A stretch of DNA of 32,000 nt from Schaalia meyeri (GTDB lineage: Bacteria; Actinomycetota; Actinomycetes; Actinomycetales; Actinomycetaceae). The first letter of the stretch is position 1. Every line of letters starts with the position of its first letter. Positions 1 through 6,992 of this stretch are shown here, one piece after another. A program made the position numbers and the translations under genes. The stretch is taken from assembly GCF_900105015.1 (NCBI RefSeq), contig NZ_FNLK01000014.1:120001-152000 (forward strand), given 5' to 3'. The notes under the pieces are model-generated. The model ran no database searches. It was not told the DNA's origin and was given only the letters and a program-made list of their open reading frames with translations.

Positions 1-377
1 AAGGCAAGAGCCTCCTGCGGGTCCTCGGGCGCAGCGTCCTCGACCGTTGGCGGCACCACGATGCGTTCAACGGTGATCGCCGCACCCGGCACCGTCTCGG
101 GCCACGCCAGGTGAGCGAGGACCTGCTCAACGTCGTCATCGGCGAGATCCTCCTGGATGATCGCGCTCAGGTGATCGGGGGAACCGTCCCATCCCGCGCG
201 CAGCTGATCGGCGATGTCCGCGGGCAGATTCGGGTCGGCCAGCAGCGTCGCGGTGGGCACCAGCGCGTAGATGGACGGCGCGTGGTCCCATCCAACCCGG
301 GCGGCGCCCTTCTCGATATCGACCACCACGTTGGCCAGCGCGATCTGTCGTGCACTCGGCATCATCTCAACACTCAT
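1..377 (-). CDS. Conserved actinobacterial hypothetical protein (PPA1309-like), 5' part; runs off the left edge
   Basis: Absent from the ORF track because it is edge-truncated. The reverse strand from ATG (complement of 375-377) reads MSVEMMPSARQIALANVVVDIEKGAARVGWDHAPSIYALVPTATLLADPNLPADIADQLRAGWDGSPDHLSAIIQEDLADDDVEQVLAHLAWPETVPG... and stays open to position 1. It is divergent from a UPF0182 gene, which from memory is the usual neighbour of this small family. The overlapping track ORF 111..947(+) is Arg/Gly-rich noise. Confidence 0.55.
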   Translation of the reverse strand, partial: MSVEMMPSARQIALANVVVDIEKGAARVGWDHAPSIYALVPTATLLADPNLPADIADQLRAGWDGSPDHLSAIIQEDLADDDVEQVLAHLAWPETVPGAAITVERIVVPPTVEDAAPEDPQEALA

Positions 378-477
378 GGCCCCATAATCTCACGGAGAGC
401 TGACGGGGCGGTCACGAAGTTTATCGTGTCCGCAGCTACACTGATGAAGAGTTGCCGGTACAACAGAGAGGATCGCC

Positions 478-3400
478 GTGAGCTTCCCATTTTCTGCCTT
501 TCCCACGAGGGGGCCGCGACCACCAAGAGACTCAGACACGCCTCACACAAAGGTGAGGCTCCGCAAGCCCGGCCCTGCTGCGATCACGCTCATCGTACTG
601 ATCGCCGCGGGTTCCCTCATCTATGCGGCGTCCATCGCGTGGACCGAAATCCTGTGGTTCCGCCAAATGAGCGCCACGCGCGTCATCCTGACTCAGTGGG
701 GTGCGCACATTGGTCTCTTCGTGGTTGGTTTCGCTGTCGCGACCGCGCTCTTGTATTTCTCGATGGCGTTCGCGTTCCGGCACCGCGCCCTTTCGTCACG
801 CGGCGAGGCCTCCGCTGCCCTTCGCGGGTATCAGGAAGCGCTCGAACCCGTGCGGCGCCTGGCATTTTGGGGGGTGGCGCTGTTCTTTGGATTCACGAAC
901 GGGGCACGCTTGTCCACCGAATGGCAAACCCTGCTGCAGTTCCTTAACAGTTCTTCGTTCGATCAGGTCGACCCCCAGTTCGGGCTGGACATCTCCTTCT
1001 TCGTCTTCGTGCTGCCCGCCCTGAAGGTGCTCGTATCCTTCCTGATGGCGGTGACCAGCATCGGGCTGATTGCCGCGATCATCGTCTCTTACCTGTACGG
1101 CACGATACGAATCACCCCGCGGCCCCACGCCTCGAAGCAGGCGCGCCTGCAGACCGGATTGATGGCCGCCTGCCTCTCGCTGTTCATCGGCGTGAACTAC
1201 TGGCTGGGTCGCTACGAGCTGCTCACCCAGGATTCCGGTTCCATCCACGGAGCCATGTATTCGGACATAAATGCGACGCTGCCCGCACACTCGATCCTGG
1301 CGGTCATCTCCGCCCTGGTCGCCGCCCTCTTCGTGGTCGCTGCATTCCGGGGCACGTGGCGGCTGCCCGTTACCGGCGTGGCGGTCACCGTTATCGCGGC
1401 CCTTGTGCTCGGCGGAGCCTACCCCGCGCTCATTGAGCAGTTCCGCGTGCGCCCGAACCAGCGGACACTTGAATCTCCCTACATTCAGCGCAACATCGAC
1501 GCCACCCTGGCGGCCTACGGCCTGCAGGACGTTGACTACCAGACCAACTACGACGCGGCCACCACGGCTTCGGCTGGGCAATTCGATAACGAGGCGCTCA
1601 CTTCGCAGGCGCGTCTGCTCGACCCTAAGGTCATCACGAAGACTGTCCAGCAGCTGCAGCAGTCGCGCCTTTACTACGGTTTCAACTCCGGTATGAAGGT
1701 CGATCGCTACAACGTGGGAGGCGAGCGGCGAGACACCGTCATCTCGGTGCGCGAACTCAACCTCGCAGGCCTGTCGGCCGAGCAACAGACATGGGTGAAT
1801 CAGCACACCGTGTACACGCACGGGTACGGCGTCGTCGCCGCCTACGGTAATCAGCTCACCAGCGACGGCCTGCCCTCCTACTGGGAACAGTCTGTGCCCT
1901 CGGTAGGTGAAATGGGCAACTACGAGGAACGCGTCTACTTTAGTCCGGGCGCGCCCGAATATTCGATCGTCGGTGCACCCGAAGGAGCTGACCCCCAGGA
2001 ACTCGACTACCCGGATGACACCGCGGTTGGCGGTCAGGTCTCCACGACCTTTACCGGCAACGGCGGTCCCTCGGTGGGCAACGTCTGGAACAAGCTTCTT
2101 TACGCCATCAAGTTCAGATCCACCGACCTGTTTTTTTCGTCCCAAACCAACGAGGCCTCGCAGATCCTCTACGACCGCGACCCCCTCCGGCGCGTCTCAA
2201 AGGTCGCTCCCTATCTGACGCTCGAGCAGTCCGCCTACCCTGCGGTCGTTGACATGGACGGCGATGCCTCGACCCCCAAGCGCCTGGTGTGGGTGGTCGA
2301 CGCGTACACGACGACGAACAACTACCCGTACGCGCAACACGAAGCCCTCTCGGATGCGACCGTCGATTCCCAGTCGACCCAGATCGGCCAGTACGTGCAA
2401 GCCAACAAGATCAACTACATGCGTAACTCCGTCAAGGCCGTCGTTGACGCTTACGACGGATCCGTGCGCCTGTTCCGTTGGGATGAGGCCGACCCGATCC
2501 TGCGCACCTGGGAGAAGATCTACCCGGGAAGCGTGGAGCCCATGTCCGCGATCTCGGGCGACCTCATGAGCCACCTGCGCTACCCGGAGGACATGTTCAA
2601 GGTGCAGCGTAACCTGCTGGCCACCTACCACGTGACCGATGCCGCGGGCTTCTATTCCGGTGGTGACCGCTGGCGCCTGGCCGAAGAAACATCGACATAC
2701 GGGGGAGCCTCTTCCGGCCAGTCTGCCAACCGCGTGGATGCTGCGGGTAACCAGGTGTCTTCCCCGACCGCGCTCCAGCCCCCGTACTACCTGACCATGC
2801 AGATGCCCGGTCAAGACAGCGCGGAGTTCTCGCTGACGTCAGTCTTCGTGCCCGGCGGCGGGGGAGAGGGGCGCCGCGAGGCCATGGCGGGATTCCTCGC
2901 CGTTGATTCCGAAACGGGAAGCGCGGCGGGACAGGTACGCGAGGGGTACGGCAAGCTTCGGCTGCTCGCGTTGCCTTCGTCGACGACTGTCCCCGGCCCC
3001 GGCCAGGTGCAGAACAAGTACGATTCCGACGAGAAGATCGCCACCCAGCTCAACCTGCTGAATCAGGCGGATTCGACCGTGATCCGCGGTAATCTGCTGA
3101 CCCTGCCTGTGGGCGGCGGCCTGCTGTACGTGCAGCCGGTCTACGTTCAGGGAACGGGTTCGGCGTCCTATCCCGTGCTCCGATCCGTCCTGACCGCTTT
3201 TGGCGACAAGGTCGGCTTCGCGCCGACGCTTGAGGAGTCCCTGCGTCAGCTGATCGCGGATGGCGGCGGCTCGTCGTCGACCCACCCGGGGACGTCGACG
3301 AACCCCCCGAGTGGGGAGGACGGCGACGCCTCTCAGTCGGGAGCGCATTCAGGGAGTGCAAGCGCGCAGCTCAGCCAGGCGGTCAGCGACGCCGCTCGGG

Positions 3401-3585
3401 CCATGCGCGATGCGGACTCGGCGTTGAGCAGGTCCGACTGGGCGGCGTACGGTGAGGCGCAAACTCGCCTGCGCGACGCGCTCGCCCGCGCCGAGGCCGC
3501 CCAGCGTGCGCTCGGCGGGACGGGCACAACCCCCGGGAGCAGCCCGACCTCATCGCCCTCGTCCGGCGCGCAGAGCGGTTCGTAG
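478..3585 (+). CDS. UPF0182 family integral membrane protein (about 1035 aa) with a low-complexity Ser/Gly/Ala-rich C-terminal tail
   Basis: GTG start preceded by GAGAGGA. Several N-terminal TM helices are followed by a large conserved domain (RNIDATLAAYGL, SRLYYGFNSGMKVDRYNV, HTVYTHGYGVVAAYGN, NYMRNSVKAVVDAYDGSV, YPEDMFKVQRNLLATYH, LLYVQPVYVQ) typical of actinobacterial UPF0182 (Rv3193c-like) proteins. Confidence 0.9.
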   Translation: MSFPFSAFPTRGPRPPRDSDTPHTKVRLRKPGPAAITLIVLIAAGSLIYAASIAWTEILWFRQMSATRVILTQWGAHIGLFVVGFAVATALLYFSMAFAFRHRALSSRGEASAALRGYQEALEPVRRLAFWGVALFFGFTNGARLSTEWQTLLQFLNSSSFDQVDPQFGLDISFFVFVLPALKVLVSFLMAVTSIGLIAAIIVSYLYGTIRITPRPHASKQARLQTGLMAACLSLFIGVNYWLGRYELLTQDSGSIHGAMYSDINATLPAHSILAVISALVAALFVVAAFRGTWRLPVTGVAVTVIAALVLGGAYPALIEQFRVRPNQRTLESPYIQRNIDATLAAYGLQDVDYQTNYDAATTASAGQFDNEALTSQARLLDPKVITKTVQQLQQSRLYYGFNSGMKVDRYNVGGERRDTVISVRELNLAGLSAEQQTWVNQHTVYTHGYGVVAAYGNQLTSDGLPSYWEQSVPSVGEMGNYEERVYFSPGAPEYSIVGAPEGADPQELDYPDDTAVGGQVSTTFTGNGGPSVGNVWNKLLYAIKFRSTDLFFSSQTNEASQILYDRDPLRRVSKVAPYLTLEQSAYPAVVDMDGDASTPKRLVWVVDAYTTTNNYPYAQHEALSDATVDSQSTQIGQYVQANKINYMRNSVKAVVDAYDGSVRLFRWDEADPILRTWEKIYPGSVEPMSAISGDLMSHLRYPEDMFKVQRNLLATYHVTDAAGFYSGGDRWRLAEETSTYGGASSGQSANRVDAAGNQVSSPTALQPPYYLTMQMPGQDSAEFSLTSVFVPGGGGEGRREAMAGFLAVDSETGSAAGQVREGYGKLRLLALPSSTTVPGPGQVQNKYDSDEKIATQLNLLNQADSTVIRGNLLTLPVGGGLLYVQPVYVQGTGSASYPVLRSVLTAFGDKVGFAPTLEESLRQLIADGGGSSSTHPGTSTNPPSGEDGDASQSGAHSGSASAQLSQAVSDAARAMRDADSALSRSDWAAYGEAQTRLRDALARAEAAQRALGGTGTTPGSSPTSSPSSGAQSGS

Positions 3586-3600
3586 AGCAACGTTGAGCAG

Positions 3601-3652
3601 GGGAGCGCCCCGCTACGCTGATCCGATTCGGTGAGGCGAGCGGGGCGCTCCC
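3601..3652 (+). terminator. Long GC hairpin downstream of the UPF0182 gene (possible factor-independent terminator, no U-tract)
   Basis: gggagcgccccgct (3601-3614) is the perfect complement of agcggggcgctccc (3639-3652). This gives a 14-bp stem and a 24-nt loop, 16 nt after the stop codon. No T-run follows, so terminator function is uncertain. Confidence 0.35.
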
Positions 3653-4108
3653 GCCTCCGAGGAGCAGCGCGCCGACTCGGATCGGCCGGATGTCGGCCGT
3701 GCCGAGCTCGGGCTTGTGGGGTATCCGGGGAGTGAGTAGTCTCCCTCCCTCCAGTGTTGAGTCGATAGCATGTCAGGGAAGGCAGTGCGACACCCCGCGG
3801 TGCCGCGCCGTCAACCCTGTGGAAGGACCATCATGACCGATCCTCGCAGCGCCAATCCTGCCCTCTCGGGCATCCCCCAGCCGCCAGAATCCGGCTCCCG
3901 CGGGTGAGGACCGGCCCCGGCATCACCTTAGGGCGTGCAGTGGCAGGCTCCCAGGCCCCCGCGGGTGGGGGGCCGCCTGATGCAAGACGGTGACCGGCGG
4001 CCTCGACCCACGCCCCCAGCCGCCGCGCCGCGGGCAGTGGAGGGGCGCTGAGGGAACTCGGTCGGCCCGCCCCGAGCGGCTGCTAGGACCCACATCACCA
4101 CATTCGGT

Positions 4109-4137
4109 TTGTGCCCATCCTGCCGGTGCGCTAGACT
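4109..4137 (+). promoter_or_regulatory. Putative sigma-A type promoter of the initiator tRNA gene
   Basis: TTGTGC (4109-4114), a 17-nt spacer, then TAGACT (4132-4137). The -10 element ends 12 nt before the mature tRNA 5' end. Confidence 0.35.
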
Positions 4138-4149
4138 CTACAGAGCCGA

Positions 4150-4226
4150 CGCGGGGTGGAGCAGTTCGGTAGCTCGCCGGGCTCATAACCCGGAGGTCGC
4201 AGGTTCAAATCCTGTCCCCGCTACCA
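4150..4226 (+). tRNA. Initiator tRNA-fMet (anticodon CAT), CCA encoded
   Basis: The 77-nt sequence cgcggggtggagcagttcggtagctcgccgggctcataacccggaggtcgcaggttcaaatcctgtccccgctacca folds as a cloverleaf. It has three consecutive G:C pairs closing the anticodon stem (GGG/CCC around CUCAUAA), a mismatched 1:72 position and near-identity to the E. coli tRNA-fMet layout. These are initiator hallmarks. Confidence 0.95.
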
Positions 4227-4233
4227 CGCCAGA

Positions 4234-4259
4234 CCCGGTCCCGGAAGGGGCCGGGTTTT
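4234..4259 (+). terminator. Intrinsic terminator after tRNA-fMet
   Basis: cccggtccc (4234-4242), GGAA loop, ggggccggg (4247-4255). The 9-bp stem includes one G:U pair and is followed directly by TTTT (4256-4259). Confidence 0.7.
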
Positions 4260-4378
4260 GCTGTCTCCCTTCAGCGTTCGTGTCATGGCGTGATCGCCTT
4301 GACTTATCCGTCATTCGACGCGATAGTATTGACTGTCGGCCACCAGGAACTGCGCCTTCGGGTGTGAGAGGAAAACAG

Positions 4379-6028
4379 ATGAGCACTATCGACCCGTCGC
4401 AGCTCGGCGCTGCCGACATGAGCAATCCGGCACTGTCGGCCCAAGATCTCGCCGACATCACGGCCGCCCGTCCGGATTTGCGTCCGTACGTCGCGACCCA
4501 CCCCTCCCTGTACCCCGCCCTCGGCCAATGGCTGGCTGATCAGGGCGTCGTACCCGCACAGCCTCCGACGGACGAGTCGGCCGCATCCGAGCGCACCGAC
4601 GACGCGTCCTCGAGTGCCGAGACCGCGACCGGCGGCACCCCTGCCGATCCGTGGTCGGTGCAGTCCGAGACCGGCGCCTCGGCCGCCGAGAGAGGCGACG
4701 AGGCGGCTCAGGGAGCCGACTCCTCTGCTGATCCTCACGCGGGCGCCTATTCAGCGGTCGAAGACACCCACGACGCGAGCACGAGCGGTGCCCCCGCGTT
4801 CGGCAGCGTGGGTCCTGCGGATGATGAACTCGAACGTGCGATTACCGAAGGCACACGGGAGAAAACGGTGGCCGCGGAGAACCCCGCCGGCGCTCAGGCG
4901 GTCGCTTACGGCCAGTCGCCCCAGCAGTCGGGAGCTCCGCAGCAGGGATTTGGGCAGCCGCAGTACGGCGCACAGGGGGGCCAGCAGGGCCAATCGCAGT
5001 ACGGCACACGGGGTGGCCCGCAGGGGTACGCCCCGGGCCAGCAGGGCCAGCCGCAGGGCGGCCCGCAGGGAGCTTCTGCGGGGCAGCAGTTTAACGCCGC
5101 CGCGGGTACCGCGTTTAACCAGTTCCAGGCGGCGGTCGCGACTGAGACCGGCAAGGTAAAGGGACGGTCCATTCGTGCGACGTACTCGCTGATCGGTTTG
5201 TTTGCTTCGGCAGCTCTGGTCTTCATTTCGATGCTGCTGCCATTCGCGTCGGTCTACGGTTTCTCGCTTTCGTTGCTCGGAGCCGGTGGCTACGGCGTAT
5301 TCCATCTGTTTTTTCTGATGGCCGTCGTTGGCTTGGGCGTCGCCTACTGGTTTACCAATCAGAAGTGGGCGTTCATCGCAGCCGGTTCCGGAGGCGCCAT
5401 CGTTTCCTTCCTCGGGCTCATTCAAATCATGCGGTTGTTCCTTAATGAACTCACCCCGGGCATTGGTGCGATCCTCTTCTTGATCTTCTCCTTGACTCTC
5501 GGCGCCTCGGGAGGCGTGCTCCTTCTGGAATTGAAGAACGGGAATGTCGCTCCAATTAGTAACCCGAACGCCTTTGGCGGTGCCTTCGCCTCCGCCCCGG
5601 TAAACCCGCAGGGTCAGCAGGGCCAGTTTGGTGGTCAGCCGCAGGGTGGTTTTCAGGCTCCGCAGGCTGGGCAGGGTCAGTTTGGCCAGCAGGGTCAGTT
5701 TGGTCAGCAGGGTCAGCCGCAGGGTGGTTTTCAGGCTCCGCAGGCTGGGCAGGGTCAGTTTGGCCAGCAGGGTCAGTTTGGCCAGCAGGGTCAGTTTGGT
5801 CAGCAGGGTCAGCCGCAGGGTGGTTTTCAGGCTCCGCAGGCTGGGCAGGGTCAGTTTGGCCAGCAGGGTCAGTTTGGTCAGCAGGGTCAGCCGCAGGGTG
5901 GTTTTCAGGCTCCGCAGGCTGGGCAGGGTCAGTTTGGTCAGCAGGGCCAGTTTGGTCAGCAGGGATATCCTCACGGGCAGGGGCAACAGTCCAATAAGCC
6001 CTACAACCCCTTCGGCCCTCAGGCATGA
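4379..6028 (+). CDS. Gln/Gly-rich low-complexity membrane protein (about 549 aa, four predicted TM helices, C-terminal tandem repeats)
   Basis: The track ORF 4109..6028 overlaps the tRNA, so I chose the ATG at 4379 (MSTIDPSQLG...), preceded by GAGAGGAAAA. The N-terminus carries NPALSAQDLADITAARPDLRPYVATHPSLYPALGQWLADQG. An acidic stretch and a Q/G/P-rich stretch follow. The hydrophobic block from about aa 260-380 has four TM-like segments (e.g. LIGLFASAALVFISMLLPF, VFHLFFLMAVVGLGVAYWF). The C-terminus is a GQFGQQGQPQGGFQAPQAGQ repeat tail. Confidence 0.75.
   Translation: MSTIDPSQLGAADMSNPALSAQDLADITAARPDLRPYVATHPSLYPALGQWLADQGVVPAQPPTDESAASERTDDASSSAETATGGTPADPWSVQSETGASAAERGDEAAQGADSSADPHAGAYSAVEDTHDASTSGAPAFGSVGPADDELERAITEGTREKTVAAENPAGAQAVAYGQSPQQSGAPQQGFGQPQYGAQGGQQGQSQYGTRGGPQGYAPGQQGQPQGGPQGASAGQQFNAAAGTAFNQFQAAVATETGKVKGRSIRATYSLIGLFASAALVFISMLLPFASVYGFSLSLLGAGGYGVFHLFFLMAVVGLGVAYWFTNQKWAFIAAGSGGAIVSFLGLIQIMRLFLNELTPGIGAILFLIFSLTLGASGGVLLLELKNGNVAPISNPNAFGGAFASAPVNPQGQQGQFGGQPQGGFQAPQAGQGQFGQQGQFGQQGQPQGGFQAPQAGQGQFGQQGQFGQQGQFGQQGQPQGGFQAPQAGQGQFGQQGQFGQQGQPQGGFQAPQAGQGQFGQQGQFGQQGYPHGQGQQSNKPYNPFGPQA
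5633..5962 (+). repeat. Perfect in-frame tandem DNA repeat: four units of 78, 96, 78 and 78 bp with a nested 18-bp sub-repeat
   Basis: The unit ggtcagccgcagggtggttttcaggctccgcaggctgggcagggtcagtttggccagcagggtcagtttggtcagcag occurs at 5633-5710, 5711-5806, 5807-5884 and 5885-5962. The second copy has one extra ggtcagtttggccagcag. The fourth copy has two synonymous changes. A partial degenerate unit lies just upstream. Confidence 0.95.
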
Positions 6029-6053
6029 TGCGCTGAGCGTCGGATAGAGCAAG

Positions 6054-6082
6054 GGAGGCCCGCGGAACCGCCGCGGGCCTCC
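6054..6082. terminator. Bidirectional hairpin between convergent genes (Q/G-rich protein and mgtC)
   Basis: ggaggcccgcgg (6054-6065) pairs perfectly with ccgcgggcctcc (6071-6082) around a 5-nt loop. It sits between the stop codons at 6028 (+) and 6104 (-). Confidence 0.6.
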
Positions 6083-6103
6083 TTACGTGCACAGAGTCCG
6101 TCC

Positions 6104-6796
6104 TTACTCGTCGTCCTCTTCGGTGGTGTCGACGCCGGCCACTCCGTCAAGGTCCGCGAGTGTCGTGACCAGGAGGGAGCGTGAGAGGTCCTGGCGCGTG
6201 GACGCGGTAAAGCGCGCCGTGGACGTCTGTTCGCTCGAAGCAGTGCGGGTGGACACTGCGGACACCGCCCAGCCCAGGGAAGAGACTTGGCCCAGCAGGG
6301 TGGATAGGACTCCATGCCCCGGCGTGTAGTGGATGGTCAGCGTGACTTTGTGTCCGTGAGTACGCATGATGATGAACTGGACGAGCGGGGTCAGCAGGGC
6401 GACCACGATGAAGTGCAGTGCGGTACCGGCGACGGCGAGCCACCACAGGCCCGCCCCGCACGCCATACCGATGGCCGCCGTCTCCCAGATGGTAGCCGCC
6501 GTGGTGAGCCCACGGATGGCGCCGTGTCTGGTCAGGATAATGCCAGCGCCGAGGAAGCCGATGCCTGAGACGATCTGCGAGGCGACGCGGGAGGGATCGT
6601 AGCGGGTGATGCCATCGATGAGGATGTCGGAGAAACCGTACTTGGAGATGAGCATCATGAGGCACGCGGTGAGGCCGACGATGGCTTGGGTGCGGATGCC
6701 CGCACTTTTGCCGCGAATCTGTCGTTCGAGACCAATGGCCGCTGAGAGGAAGAGGGCGAGGAGCATCCAACCGATGCTTACGAGGGATTGCGACAT
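6104..6796 (-). CDS. mgtC: MgtC/SapB family membrane protein
   Basis: The N-terminal LALFLSAAIGLERQIRGKSAGIRTQAIVGL...GIGFLGAGIIL...GLTTAATIWETAAIGMACG matches the MgtC signature. The soluble C-terminal domain ends in an acidic tail. SD: GCAGGAGGA upstream of the ATG. Confidence 0.9.
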   Translation of the reverse strand: MSQSLVSIGWMLLALFLSAAIGLERQIRGKSAGIRTQAIVGLTACLMMLISKYGFSDILIDGITRYDPSRVASQIVSGIGFLGAGIILTRHGAIRGLTTAATIWETAAIGMACGAGLWWLAVAGTALHFIVVALLTPLVQFIIMRTHGHKVTLTIHYTPGHGVLSTLLGQVSSLGWAVSAVSTRTASSEQTSTARFTASTRQDLSRSLLVTTLADLDGVAGVDTTEEDDE

Positions 6797-6992
6797 GGGT
6801 CCTCCTGCGTTGGCGTGGTTGCGTTTAGTGTATCCGTGTCGTGTCTGCGGGGCGTGGTTGTTGCAGCGAGGCCGTGGCTGGGTGGAACTCAGCCGCGACC
6901 TGATTAAAGGCGAAGGAAAGAAGGCATCAATGTCGACAAAAGCGCTCGGGGCCTAAGATGGGACTCACGATCGACAGACGAGGAACCCATTC

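Noticed and set aside
111-947. 278-aa + strand ORF spanning the left intergenic region and the UPF0182 5' end
   Set aside because: The translation is Arg/Gly/His-rich noise. It overlaps two better-supported genes: the edge-truncated reverse-strand PPA1309-like CDS and the UPF0182 CDS.
796-2145. 449-aa reverse-strand ORF inside the UPF0182 gene. The same class includes 2197..2814(-), 2839..3348(-), 8492..9970(-), 14638..16119(-), 16666..18801(-), 22125..23516(-), 22640..23989(+), 24157..25017(+), 26447..27196(-), 30010..31305(+) and 30506..31621(+).
   Set aside because: These are long open frames antisense to or off-frame from genes with clear family motifs. Their composition is dominated by Arg/Gly/Pro/Asp/His, as expected for non-coding frames in about 70% GC DNA, and they carry no recognisable motifs.
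3833-3907. 24-codon ORF MTDPRSANPALSGIPQPPESGSRG with a GGAAGGA SD
   Set aside because: It is too short and compositionally unremarkable, and I have no conservation information. It is mentioned under the non-coding gap finding only.
4109-4378. 5' extension of the Q/G-rich protein ORF (track start 4109)
   Set aside because: The extension reads straight through the tRNA-fMet gene and its terminator. I used the ATG at 4379, which has an SD.
4751-6092. Long reverse-strand and alternative-frame ORFs (LTKLTLLAKLTLPSLRSLKTTLR... and ADPADQTDPAGQTDPAQPAEPENHPA... repeats)
   Set aside because: They are mirror-image artefacts of the in-frame tandem DNA repeat in the + strand CDS. They have no start context and overlap a gene with TM helices and an SD.
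6797-6992. Possible Mg2+ (M-box) riboswitch upstream of mgtC, or lysine (L-box) riboswitch upstream of the permease
   Set aside because: I read both strands and could not find the conserved core segments of either riboswitch class as I remember them. An Infernal/Rfam scan would be needed to exclude them formally.
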